A stretch of 63,922 nucleotides of DNA, counting the filler, from Piptocephalis cylindrospora (Eukaryota): the NCBI GenBank assembly GCA_003614145.1. It is 19 parts of 19 records of this genome, joined end to end, with 100 filler letters (N's around TTAATTAATTAA, not from the genome) between each part and the next. Parts side by side here need not be neighbours in the genome. Positions count along the whole stretch, not along the records: positions 47,508 to 50,626 come from KZ988712.1; positions 50,727 to 53,954 come from KZ988713.1; positions 54,055 to 57,281 come from KZ988714.1; positions 57,382 to 60,604 come from KZ988715.1; positions 60,705 to 63,922 come from KZ988716.1; 14 more parts are not named here. One strand, written 5' to 3'. Position 1 is the stretch's first letter; the number at the start of each line of letters is the position of its first letter. The notes beneath the pieces were generated by a model, which was not told where the DNA came from, did not search any database, and worked only from the letters and a program-made list of their open reading frames with translations. This document shows, piece after piece, positions 49,504 through 60,859 of this stretch. Both the position numbers and the translations under genes were made by a program.

Positions 49504-50115
49504 CTACTTTCTTGCTTCTAGCGAGGAAATGACCTGGGCAGAGTCGACCACTTGGGCACGCTTGGCGAAGCCAGAGGACAAAAGGCTCTCTCGTAGCTGG
49601 TCATTGTGATCGATAGTGCAATCGGATACGACGCTGATGGTATAGTCCAGGTCAGCAGCCACGGTCACGCCGGAGAGAATGACCCCGGAGGTGGAGAGGC
49701 CAGCAAAGATGATGTGCTCGATCCCCGAGACGCGAAGGATCATCTCCAAATCCGTGCCGAGGAAGGGATTGTACCGTCGCTTCACCACCACGGCCTCTCC
49801 CTCCGCAGGCTCAAAGCCTGGGAAAAAGTCGGCCTGATTCGTCCCCTCTACCAAGATCCCCATCTGCTTCAAGTTCTTGACCCAGCCCTTCTCCCCCACC
49901 TCGGGGTGTCCATTGCGGAAAGCCACCTTGACATGGATGACCAGGGGTCGACGGGACTCGGGGATCGAGGACACGGCCTCGCGAAGGCGCTTGGAGGCCT
50001 GGAGGAATTCTGTGCGCTCCTCACTCTCAGGGTACATTCCAAGGATGCCGTGTTCGTAATCACAAAACACTATGGCTGTGTTTTCCAGGGAGACGAGTGC
50101 CGCAGACGTGGTCAT
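49504..50115 (-). CDS. Isochorismatase-like (cysteine hydrolase fold) protein
   Basis: TAIVFCDY, VVKRRYNPFLGTDL, AGLSTSGVIL, AADLDY, VSDC; intronless. Confidence 0.9.
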   Translation of the reverse strand: MTTSAALVSLENTAIVFCDYEHGILGMYPESEERTEFLQASKRLREAVSSIPESRRPLVIHVKVAFRNGHPEVGEKGWVKNLKQMGILVEGTNQADFFPGFEPAEGEAVVVKRRYNPFLGTDLEMILRVSGIEHIIFAGLSTSGVILSGVTVAADLDYTISVVSDCTIDHNDQLRESLLSSGFAKRAQVVDSAQVISSLEARK

Positions 50116-50726
50116 TTTTGACTAATTTTTTACTGGGGTCGGAAAGGGTAGATAGAATGAGATGAGATGGGATGCGGTGAGGTAAGATGAGACAAAATGA
50201 TGTAAGGTGGGGGAGGGGAGAAGGAGAAGGGCGAAAGATACTTTTCTTTTATAGTCTTATGAAGGAGAGAGAGAATGGGGGACTTGGATTCAATCCTCCT
50301 CTCATACATTACCATCCCCCAGGTCGAATGGATGACTTGTTCCATGGCGTTGAAAGAGACTGCGGAACAGTATCCTGATGTTCTAGACACGGAAGAGTAC
50401 GTGGATCTAGAGGCATTACGAGCCGCCAAGTCTTTCTTTCCCAGTCGAGACCGGCCTACATCTGGATACAAACTCTCTATGGTCCTGCACAAACCCCTTG
50501 CCTTCCCCCGATACATCGTCCTTCCTATACCAGATGGAGGACCCTGGCACGCCTATCGCTCGTCCGTTTGTGTGCTTGTATGTCTCACCAAATGACTCAG
50601 TGAGGTACAGTTGCACCGGCAGATAANNNNNNNNNNNNNNNNNNNNNNNNNNNNNNNNNNNNNNNNNNNNTTAATTAATTAANNNNNNNNNNNNNNNNNN
50701 NNNNNNNNNNNNNNNNNNNNNNNNNN

Positions 50727-51491
50727 GGGGTGTCGGGAAGGGATGCCCTGTAAGGAGCGTCTCCTTTGCCCACATGCAATGTGTGGGGTAAGCGTCCCCC
50801 CCACGCCATGACCCGCCTCTTCCCCACACAAAGGCTCTTTCTACACCTCGTGCATCGAACAAGCCGTCGTCGACACACTCGCCACTGCGTGTCCTTGCCT
50901 CACATCACCATCGAAATGCGTGAGTGTTGTTGACAGAGACTTTGAGGTCAATTTAGTCCTTTTTGGGACAGACACCGGTCTCATCGATATGATCCAGGAA
51001 GCTGTCCAAGACAGCTCAGCCAATACTTCCTGTGGGCAACAGACACGTTCATGCTCCCTTCAAGACCTAGAGATGTACATGATTCAAAGAGGAGGATGGG
51101 TGGATATACCCGTAGAGACTATGTTATTCCCTAACACACAGGGAACGAGACAAGAAAAGAAGTAAGGATATGATTTAAATCATCAGCCTCCATGAATCCC
51201 CTTTTACATCCTTCTTTCTCATCAAGCAGCGTGAAAGCACAACATCCCTACTCACTCATATACCATCTTTCCTATCAGACTGGATCTGGTTTATGGCCTC
51301 GTCAGATGACCTTCCCTACAGGGGGAGATGAAATTTCGTACACTTCACATCACAGCATGATGCATAAAGGGTTTCCTTTACGGGGAGAACACATGTCTTT
51401 CGATCTATCCCATTACCCCCGTCTTGCCTTCATCCGGGTTTCAGTAGGTCCAGAAACTCGGACATACCGCTTCCCCATCTCCCATACATAA
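50727..51491 (+). CDS. Hypothetical spliced gene (5'-partial, 4 exons visible)
   Basis: Three GT-AG introns (GTAAGC..AAG, GTGAGT..CAG, GTAAGG..AAG) join the exons into one open frame ending ...YRFPISHT-stop. Confidence 0.65.
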
Positions 51492-53954
51492 TCCCATGCA
51501 TCCTCTCCGAGAGCTGCGCTCTGTCGAGTTGCCATCCCATGGTACCGGCCCCGGCGGGCAAGTAAGTCAAAGTGTCTTCCCTCCTCCACCACTCTTCCTC
51601 CATAAAGCACAAAGATACGGTCGGCACGACGTGCTGCCGAGATTCTATGTGCCATCACCACCATCGTCATGTCCTTTTCTAAAGTGTGGGGGAGGGCTTG
51701 AGAAAAAATACCATCCTCGCCTATTCTCATCACAGTGGAGAAACTCACCTCGTTGGTACCTTCCAAGAGATTCCAGAAGATCCGCTTCCCCCTCGAGAGA
51801 AAGTCGTTTAGTCGTGTCGTCTAGGAGAAGGACCTTGGGCTGACGGACCAATGCACGGGCCACTGCTAGCCTTTGCCTTCTTTCCACTGTCCATTGCATG
51901 GCCGTCTAAACCCCGCACACAGTGGAAAGAGAGGGTGAGAAGGTTGGTGGATGTGACCTATTTACCCGAGACTTACCAAGCCCTCAACGGGCGTATCCAG
52001 TCCAGAGGTCAAGCTTTGAACCCACCCTTCCAACCCCGCTACCTGTAGAGCTTCCGATATACTCTGATCATTACCCCTTTCTAGTGTTGACCCAGACAAG
52101 GATTCGGCCCTTTTCTTCTCTCCGTCCATCTCCTCTCCCTCCCCTTTATCTTTATCATCTCCCCCCCTACCCAGGCCCCAAGTCAGGATTTCTCGGATAG
52201 TCCTGCCCAAAAAGTGTGCATCTCCCTCAACCCATCCCATCCCACCACGTAAGGACTCGGACCTCCATCGCGTCCCCACGTCCTCTCCCTCCACTGTGAC
52301 CAGACCCGCTTGAACATTGTACAGTCGAAGCATCAGAGAGGCAAATGCCGTTTTCCCTGTCCCCGGGCCTCCCACCAGTGCAATCGACCGTCCAGCAGGT
52401 ATCCGAAGCTCTAGGCGGGACAGTACTAGAGGATTATCATTCTCATCCTGTGACTTTCTCTGTCTAGTCCTCCTCTTCTTTTCATCGGGCTCTGGATCGT
52501 TGGCTGGGTCGAACGGAAATCGAAAGGTGATTCGATTCAAATGCACCCTTCCCATACTCCATACGGGAGCAAGACTTCCTTCCTTTTCCCTGGGCTCTTG
52601 AGGTAGTGTAGCATCCATGAAGCGGAAAAACCTAGTGTAAAGAGCCTTAGATCAGCATCCCCCTAGAAGTCTCACTCCTAATCATTCATTCAAAGTAAGC
52701 CTTACGCAATAGCCGCATCATTTTGAGCTGCGTACTTGAAGTTCAATCCGATAAATGCCCCTGTGCTGTTGTAAGAGAACATGACACAGAGCATGCAGAT
52801 CAAAACATCCTCCAAGGATAGCTCCCCCGTATCCACCAATTCCGTTCCATAATAAAATCCAACCGTATAGATTAGGAAGAGCATAGCTAATGAAGTGCGA
52901 GAGGAAGGGGGGCCAGGGCATGGTTGGCTAGATTCACAGATCCTAGAGGCCCTCTTCGTAGATAGCACTTACCTTGACCAAGGGCAAACCCAAGAGAGGA
53001 CATGACAATGGCGCTGATGGAATAGTGCCAGGGCTTAATCATACCAGCTGTACAGGTAATTTCATGGTTAAATGCCCTTTAAAAAGGCGCATGCGCGCCA
53101 CCTCCCCTCTTCCTCCCCTCTACGTCCAACTTACCACGATAGATCCCCATGGAAAAATTGACTAGTCCATTGGCAAGAACTGTGCGGATCCCTGGGACCG
53201 TTTCGATAATTAGCCGTACCACTCGTGCATTCGCTTTCTTGATTTTCTTTCCTAATCTGTTTACCGTGCATTGCGAGGATGGTGTGAGTGTCCGTGGGAG
53301 CAGTAATGTACTTATCCCATTAGATCAGCAAGAAAAAACTACCTCACAAAAGCAAAATATTGAAGATCGCTGGCTGTGGATGCCACTGGGTAGCAAGCAA
53401 ATAGAGATATCGTCAGCATAAGCCTTTGTCCCCGGCCCATAATGGAAATGGAAAGAATTAGTGAGGATTATACTCTTCTAGAAAAAAAACTTCTCTCCCT
53501 CCCCCCTCCCCTCCCATCCTACCCATGGGTCGCCCCAATAATAAAGCCGGTAGCAATGGTTACAGCATTCAGGATGATCTCGGCTGTATAGCCAGAGAAC
53601 AGCTCAACAAATGCCGTGGGATCTACTGAGAGATGTGAAGCGAGTGCCTCTATCATAATGACTAATGTGAGCAGAAGACCTCGTCATCCTTGTCTCTTCC
53701 GTCTCTTTCTATAAGACCAAGCCCCACTAAACAGGATGGGAATTCCACTTACCCGGAGAATTATCCTTCCTGTCAAAGTAACCAAGAGGAAGGGACAAAG
53801 AATGTTCAAAGCATCGTCTCCTCAGCCTCTGAGCCAACCTCTCTCCCACGACTCCAAACATCCAATTCTGAAGGAGACGCGTTACCATCGCAACCACAGC
53901 TAAGGCCATGATAGCAAGAGCCCAGGTTCTTACATCGCTCGTCACCTTATCGGC
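51413..53954 (-). CDS. ABCB/MDR-type transporter, C-terminal TMD plus degenerate NBD (5'-partial, multi-exon)
   Basis: FGVVGERLAQRLRRRCF, YFDRKDNSPG, VGFYYG.ELV, IALVGGPGTGKT, QRLAVARALVRQPKVLLLD, AHRI..ADRIFV..GRVVEEG.H. Confidence 0.88.
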
Positions 53955-54092
53955 NNNNNNNNNNNNNNNNNNNNNNNNNNNNNNNNNNNNNNNNNNNNTT
54001 AATTAATTAANNNNNNNNNNNNNNNNNNNNNNNNNNNNNNNNNNNNNNNNNNNNCCAATATCTCCCCTTCTCCATCCCTCTTTAGGTAAACG

Positions 54093-57000
54093 ATGAACCC
54101 GACGCGGCGCAGACCTGGAGATGTAGAGTCGGCCACATCGGGCGGAACTAGGCAAAAGCCTTCGCCTGAACCCAGGATTTCAGTGATGGTGGATTCGGCT
54201 TCCTCCACCGCCTCCCCCTCCACCCCTCCCCCTTCCATGCGTGGTCCGGGTCGAGTAGCAACCCGCTCGATCCTTATCCGTCGGGCTTTCGCCCTTCTCG
54301 CCTCCTTTCCCTTTCTCATCACAGCTTTTCGCCAAATAGGCACAGTGTGGGATCTGGCTCCCGTACAGGGCAACGAGGATGTTGCTAATTATCATGAATA
54401 CGCCCATCACTACCGGTTAGCCTTATGGGTAAGCCCTCAATTATGATCATTACGGCTCCTTGGCGGGGAAAGGAGGGAGCGAACATTCTCGTTAGTATAC
54501 ATCCTCACATCCCTCATTTTCCTCGCCCATAGTCCATCCTCGTGGTCATCCTGGCTTCTTCAGTCCATCATGTATGGTTGGCCTTGCGTATCCCGAAGAC
54601 TTTCCCCCCATCCTCATGGCCAACCTTGGCGGCAAAGGCCTTGCCCGTAGCACTCGTTCTCTGGATCACCGATCAGTTCCTCATCCCATGCACCATGCTC
54701 TCGCCCATGAATCAGCGTGTCCTCCTTTCTCTTCTTCTATTGGGGCTCTACGTCCTTGGACATCGCAAAATTATCCAGCTCCATAAGCCCACCACCTCCA
54801 GACAGGTTGATTTGCACGCCCTGCCTCGGTCCCTTCAGTCTTCCTCCTCCTCCGACGCCGTGTACGGTCTGTCCTCCCCCATGACCCTGTGGATCATCCT
54901 CATACTAACTAGTATGCTCACTCTCATGGGTGCCTTGAGTGAACAGACCGTCATGCGCTCCCATAGGGATGCATCGGTCCGTATCACTGATCTGGACAAT
55001 ACCCCGCCCTTTTCCTCCCCCCTCTCCTCCGCCAATTCCTCTAAGCAACCCATCCGTATCCTCGTCCTCGTTCTCTCTTCTTGGTCTGAAAGGAGTGTGG
55101 TCAAGCGCAAAACATTTCGTGAAACTTCTCTTGTCCTCGCCAATCGTACCCAGGCTCACGGTCCTACTTCCCATTCCTCCCTTTTCCCTTCTCTACCGTC
55201 CATTCAAGTGGAGCACCGATTTATCCTTGGTATCCCTCCATCGACCAAAGTGAGGCGGGGGAAGGCCGGAGAAATTGAGAAGGAATCGGTTAAATATGGC
55301 GATATCCTCCTGGTCCCTACCTCGGATCGGTACGAGGATCTGAGTCGAAAGCTCTACGCTGGCCTGGAATGGGCCACCGAATCCGGGAACTCTTCCTCCT
55401 CTCCCGCTTGGGATTACTTGGTAAAGACGGATGATGACGTATTTGTTCGGCTCGACACTTTATCTACTGAGCTTGCCCGGCTTCATCCTCAGCCTGGGCT
55501 ATGGCAGGGTCAGGCCTGGTGGGATATACCTCCCATCTTGGAGAAGGACAGTAGAAACGCCGTTGTAGACTACGGTCTCTCCCTCTTCCCTCCCTACACC
55601 TCGGGAGCCTTGACCATCTTGTCCAGGGATGTGGTGGATCGGGTGGTCCAGGCTGGTCCGATCCGGCGGTACACCCGGAACGAGGATCAAACCCTTGGGA
55701 TCTGGCTTTATCCATTGGGCTACCGGCCCAAGAATGATCGGCGTATCCAGCAAGAGGAGGTGTGTGAAGAGGACATGCTGGCTAAACACTTTGCCGACCG
55801 ATTCTCCCCTTCTCCTGGCCCTTATGGCATGCTAGATAACATTATCAAGGGAGAACATGGAATGTGCCATGGCTTTCGTCAGGATCTATGCGCCCCGTGT
55901 TATCCATGCGCCCCGGGCACTCACCATTATCATGAGTGGAACTTTGCCTGTGATCCTATTCGGGGAATCACCCTGCTCAAACCCATTGTCAGTGCGACGT
56001 CTAACCTTGCTATCGACGATGCGCCGAATGATTTTGTGCATGAGATGATGGCTCCATCAGAGTGGGCTATGTTAGGAGATGAGGACGAAAAAGGAGAGCG
56101 GCCGGCCAACCTAGTGTGGATTATCTGGTGGAATCGAGAAGGGGATCAGGGGGATTGGGGCAAAAGGGAGATTCAATCAGTGGCTTCACTCCTCTTCCAT
56201 CAGCCTGATGCTCGTATCCGTATCCTCTCTCCCCATCTCTCCTCCACTAGCATTCCCCAGACTTGGGCTGACTCAGGCTACGATGTCCGAGTAGTGTGGC
56301 CCAGGACGCCCAAGGAGGCCGAGGAGGCTCTGACCTCAGCAGGCCCAGCATCTCGTCAGTGGTACCTTCAGCACATATTCGAGGAGGGAGAAGGAAAGGG
56401 CGGAGGGGTCCATCACCCTAAGGCCATCTCTCTCTTCCTCATTTTCGCCATTGCTTACAGGCATGGCGGTATTTTCTTTACCCCAGAGACCCTTGGGTGG
56501 ACAAGGTCACTGATGGATGGATGGTCCAAGGAGGAGAGGATAGCTCTATATCCATCTGTCCCCAAGAATGCTGATAGAGGAGGAGAGGAGATCAAGGGTC
56601 TTGTCATGGCCCTTAATCCACAGCATCCTTACATTCGGGAGATCTTGGAAACTTCTTATACCCTCCAAGGCGCTGGTACACCTAGTATGGACTCGGCCTT
56701 CTCCCTTGAACTGGATCCCTCGGGCCCACTACGTCAGCTGACCCAGTATATTCTTGGTCCGGACAAGGATGGGATGGATAACGAAAGAGCTATAATCTTG
56801 GAGGGAGAGAGCCCTGGTGAAAAGACCCCTCTGTCCGATGCCACTATCTACTTGCCCACCACTGTCGCTTCTATGGACAAGTGGTTTCCTGCAGAGTCCG
56901 CAAAATACCTTTCCTCCCCAACCAAGACCTCTTTTCTTGGACCCTCTTCCCTGGATCTATCATCTTTTTCCCTTTCTTTGATTAAGGAAGATCTACATCC

Positions 57001-57281
57001 TACCACTGGAGTCATCCCGCTTGTTGGGGTGACCTTGGCAACGCGCTGGACAGGTCCAGCCTGTCCCCCTTCCTCCGCTTTGTACGTCCGTCTTCAGGGT
57101 GGGGCATCTGGGAATGTGCAGGTGGGGAAGCATGAGATGAAGACACGGTCCTGGGAGATGCATTGGGAGGAAGATTCCATCAAGCCATCCGCTATCAATT
57201 CCCTCCTTTCCTCCATCACATATCGCTCTAATCCAGGGGACGGGGCGAGGAAAATGAGGGATGTGAGGATGTATACTAACG
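54093..57281 (+). CDS. Membrane-anchored GT31 glycosyltransferase with a second GT32-like region (3'-partial)
   Basis: N-terminal TM helices; E..KYGDIL, YEDLSRK, YLVKTDDDVFV, PPYTSGA, EDQTLGIWL; then REIQSVASLLFHQPDARIRIL and YRHGGIF. Intron 54429-54532. Confidence 0.87.
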
Positions 57282-57383
57282 NNNNNNNNNNNNNNNNNNN
57301 NNNNNNNNNNNNNNNNNNNNNNNNNTTAATTAATTAANNNNNNNNNNNNNNNNNNNNNNNNNNNNNNNNNNNNNNNNNNNNTC

Positions 57384-57551
57384 AAGAACAAGAAACTTGC
57401 CGGAGCAATGATCTGGGCCATGGATGGTGATTCCGAGAACCACGAACTCATGAATGCCTTGACAAGCACTTTGTTGGGCAAATCTTCCCTCCTTCGCACC
57501 GCGACAAACGGAGAGCCCAAACAGAGTTTACCTGCTTCGTCTACTCCCTAG
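57384..57551 (+). CDS. GH18 chitinase, C-terminal end (not in ORF track)
   Basis: KNKKLAGAMIWAMDGD matches the last beta-strand of the GH18 barrel (LGGAMxWxxDxD). Confidence 0.7.
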   Translation, partial: KNKKLAGAMIWAMDGDSENHELMNALTSTLLGKSSLLRTATNGEPKQSLPASSTP

Positions 57552-58443
57552 GGTGGTCTATCCGCTCTTCTTTATTCCCCATCCGAGTAATACGGCAAGA
57601 TGGTTCATCCAATTGTCTCTGTCCAGTTGAATGGACCATATTTGATAGTATCTTAAGCAAGGAGGGGTGGCGCGCCGCATCAAGCGGACATGCTTCCCCC
57701 TTTCTGCCTTTAGTCGTTAGATGTGTTTCTTTTTGTTTGGTCTAAGGCAATGAAGTCTTCACATCTTAATTTTTTGCGTGAAGTGTACATGACATGGTCA
57801 TCTGGAGCTAGATAGCTGCTTTAGGGGGGGATGATGAGCTAGGGAGAGTTTAGTCCTCCAGGAAGGACGAATGCTCCAGGAAGGATGATGGGTCAGGATG
57901 ATAATCTTGGGCCGCACTCGAGTATGCCATTGCCGAGGGACGATGGTATGCACAAGCGCACCCCGAGTTTTCCAGAACTGATCCAAAGACCTTTTTGGTG
58001 GCAGGAATATCTCCAAGAAGTGACGGGCATTAAGGGTGTCTGTAGTACCTAGAAACAAAGTATAGTGTAGAGTACAATTCAGGGGCTTGCCCCTGGCGCC
58101 ACACTTGACGGACATTAAGGCGGATATTGTATTCAGATGCCTATTTAGTTTACTCCACACTAAGAGAGAAATAAAACGGTTTCATCATCATAGATGCTTT
58201 ATTACTCCATGTGCTCTTGTGTGGGTCATACTCCCGTATGGAGATACCGACGCTGACCCCACTAAGTACGCGCTCTTGATAACCTCTTATTATTATTATT
58301 ATTACTTCATTGCATTGGTTAAGTAATGGAGGGATTATCATGTCATATTTCCTAATTTCTGCTCAACACTTCACCTTTGCGTCCCCCATCAATTGGCTGA
58401 TCGTACACAAATATGCCATCTCTCACTCATCCATCACTCATTC

Positions 58444-58856
58444 CTAGCTCGTTCCTGGGGTAGGGGTACGGATGCCAACTGAGGAGGACATGAGATTGTC
58501 AATATACTTTTGCAAAATATCATTCTCTGCTGCCAAGGCCTGCTGTTCCGATCGACTACTCTCCAGTTGGGCCAGGGCTTCTGTGCATAGGAGTAAGTTT
58601 GAACGTCAGCCAGGGGATTAAGAAGAGCATAGGTTTTCAAGGTGCAGACCAACGTACCTCGTAGCCGTAGCTGAAGGGCTGTTACTTGACTAACCATGGG
58701 AAAGCGGCTCAGTGAGTAGATCAGTGTTTTTAGCATAAAGGATGGCCGCGTATCTACTCTGCTAAGACCATCTCCCTGGACTCACCTCACTAACTTGGCC
58801 TTGGCAGCAAGTTCCTCGGGATTAACGGTGAGTCCCGCCAAATCTGAAAAGTCCAT
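58444..58856 (-). CDS. SCOC: Short coiled-coil protein SCOC/Slo1 (DUF2205), 3 exons (not in ORF track)
   Basis: Spliced: ...KAKLVSQVTALQLRLREALAQLESSRSEQQALAAENDILQKYIDNLMSSS. Confidence 0.82.
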
Positions 58857-59509
58857 TCTAAGAGGTGGAGGGCAATGTGGAGGAGAGGAGGGAAGAGGCA
58901 CTAGTGATATGTGCTTTGATGCAGAGTGATGTGCTATGAAAAGGAAAGATGGATGGTGCTGTCCTTACACGCTAAAATCATGCTCAGCCTGCTCCCTAGG
59001 TCTTTATGGCCTCATCATTTGCCCTGCCTTTGGCTTACACCCTTACACACATCCTTACACACACCCTCTCTCCCACACTGTGCTAGATAGCCCCGCTTAG
59101 TGTGGGGGCCAGGATGGAGATGCTATCTAGAGCGGTCCAGAGGTCCTTAGAATTCATGTTGCTGCTACTGGAACACTCCGCTCTATTTAACAGCACCCCT
59201 TCCCATCCCGCTTCAACTCCCGATGCCATACCTACCAGCTCCGATACTCCATCGATTCCTCCATGCTTGCCGGTCATTGCTGCTAAACCCAGCCACCAGG
59301 TAAGGTACTCAGATCGCCTGCTCCCACCTTATTTCTCCTTATAGCCCCTGTTCTTAGGTCTTTGATAGTCTTCCCCCCCCTGAACCTTCCTTCCATTGCC
59401 ACCTTCACCCTTCCTTTCTCGACTCTTTCATTAAGCCCACCGCCAAGAGATCAACTCTCCACGCCCTCTCCTAAGCCCTTATTTATCTCCCGCCCCTGCT
59501 AGCAGCGAC

Positions 59510-60604
59510 ATGACCGAACAAAGCACCTCGGTTACCACTTCGAGTTATAGTGCCTCGGTGGACCTGGATCCTACCAGTATCCCCACCCCGCCCCTCACTC
59601 CTTTTTCCTCAGGAGTGGGCCGTCGCACCTCAGGAGGGCGTCTTCCCACTCGGACCCATACTCGTGCTGGGTCCTCCCGACAGGCTTCGGCCCTGCCCAC
59701 GTCAGGCTCGGACTCGGAGGGTTCCGATGTATTTGAGACCCTTGACCCGGCTGGAGGCTCCTCTACATTCCACTCCCAGGGGCTTCGCACCCCCAGGGGT
59801 ATCTCGGGTGGCAGCGGCATGTTCCATTCTACCGTGGACTCTTCGGAATTAGCCATCTTTCTCGAGTGGACCGATCCTAGTATATTTGGTCCTGTTCCTG
59901 AGGTAAGCCCTTTTGTGTTGATGACTTTATGGTCATATCTGCCTTTTCGAGGCTTGAAAAGGTCACTCAAGAGTCTCCCATCCCTTCCAGGCTGATCCTC
60001 TGGCGGATCTTGTCACTAGGTACTTTCATCGACAGGATCGACCCACGAGAAATCCTTCCTTAACGGCCACATTGGATGGAGAAGATTATCTTACGGTGAC
60101 CAAGGAGCTCATGGACTCGCACTGCTGGAGAACTTTGGCGATCTATTGCCAGAGATACATGACTCACCGACGGCCTAGAGACCCCGCAGTCATCTTCCGT
60201 CTATGGCATTACCGGTTCCTCTCCCTCATGCGTCTTCGCTTTTACTCTGAGGTCGACGGAGAGCTACAACGTCTGGGTCCCCTGGATCGTACTGAACTCT
60301 ACTACGATTCGCATCCCACTATCTTCCCTGACCGGACTGGGCCCATGGTGCCCTTTGAGATGCGCGTTCTTGCGGCTCAACTTCCCGCAATGATGGGTGA
60401 CATCACTGCATCTCTGGATATGGTTATGGAACTCTCCATTTTCAGTCGCAAAATGAGCGTTCTCCTCCGAGAGGAGGAGGGTAGTGATGAAGACTCCTTT
60501 GTCTCTTCCTCTGATGAGGAGTCTCAGGGATCCCAGCGATCCGAAGAGGAGGGTATCCAGTCTCATGATCGTCTAAATGGTCTCGATGACATTGGCCTGG
60601 AGGG
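59510..60604 (+). CDS. TRAPPC12: TRAPP complex subunit 12-like (3'-partial)
   Basis: LWHYRFLSL..LGPLDRTELYYDSHP..FPDRTGPMVPFEMRVLAA; intron near 59903-59990. Confidence 0.85.
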
Positions 60605-60859
60605 NNNNNNNNNNNNNNNNNNNNNNNNNNNNNNNNNNNNNNNNNNNNTTAATTAATTAANNNNNNNNNNNNNNNNNNNNNNNNNNNNNNNNNNNNNNNN
60701 NNNNACCGTTGGGCTCATATCAAGACACCTATACCATACTGGAATGGCAGCCCACACACAGACACGTCAACATATACTGAAGGGCTCCCCTCCACCTTAT
60801 CCGCTATATCATACACATTTCTCCCCCTATTCATCTTCTCATCATTGTCGCGGCTATTC

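Noticed and set aside
40934..50626. Contigs 13 (3133 nt) and 15 (3119 nt) about 110 nt shorter than the length ordering predicts
   Set aside because: Most simply explained by trimming after assembly; no biological signal.
50130..50626. Three overlapping ORFs upstream of the isochorismatase
   Set aside because: Cannot tell which frame is real. The 50416-50626 minus frame may be a truncated C-terminus but has no recognisable motif.
40934..57551. CAP, isochorismatase, ABC transporter, glycosyltransferase and chitinase as one host-interaction or biosynthetic cluster
   Set aside because: They lie on different contigs joined artificially.
57798..58341. ORFs between the chitinase tail and SCOC
   Set aside because: No domain and no consistent splice model.
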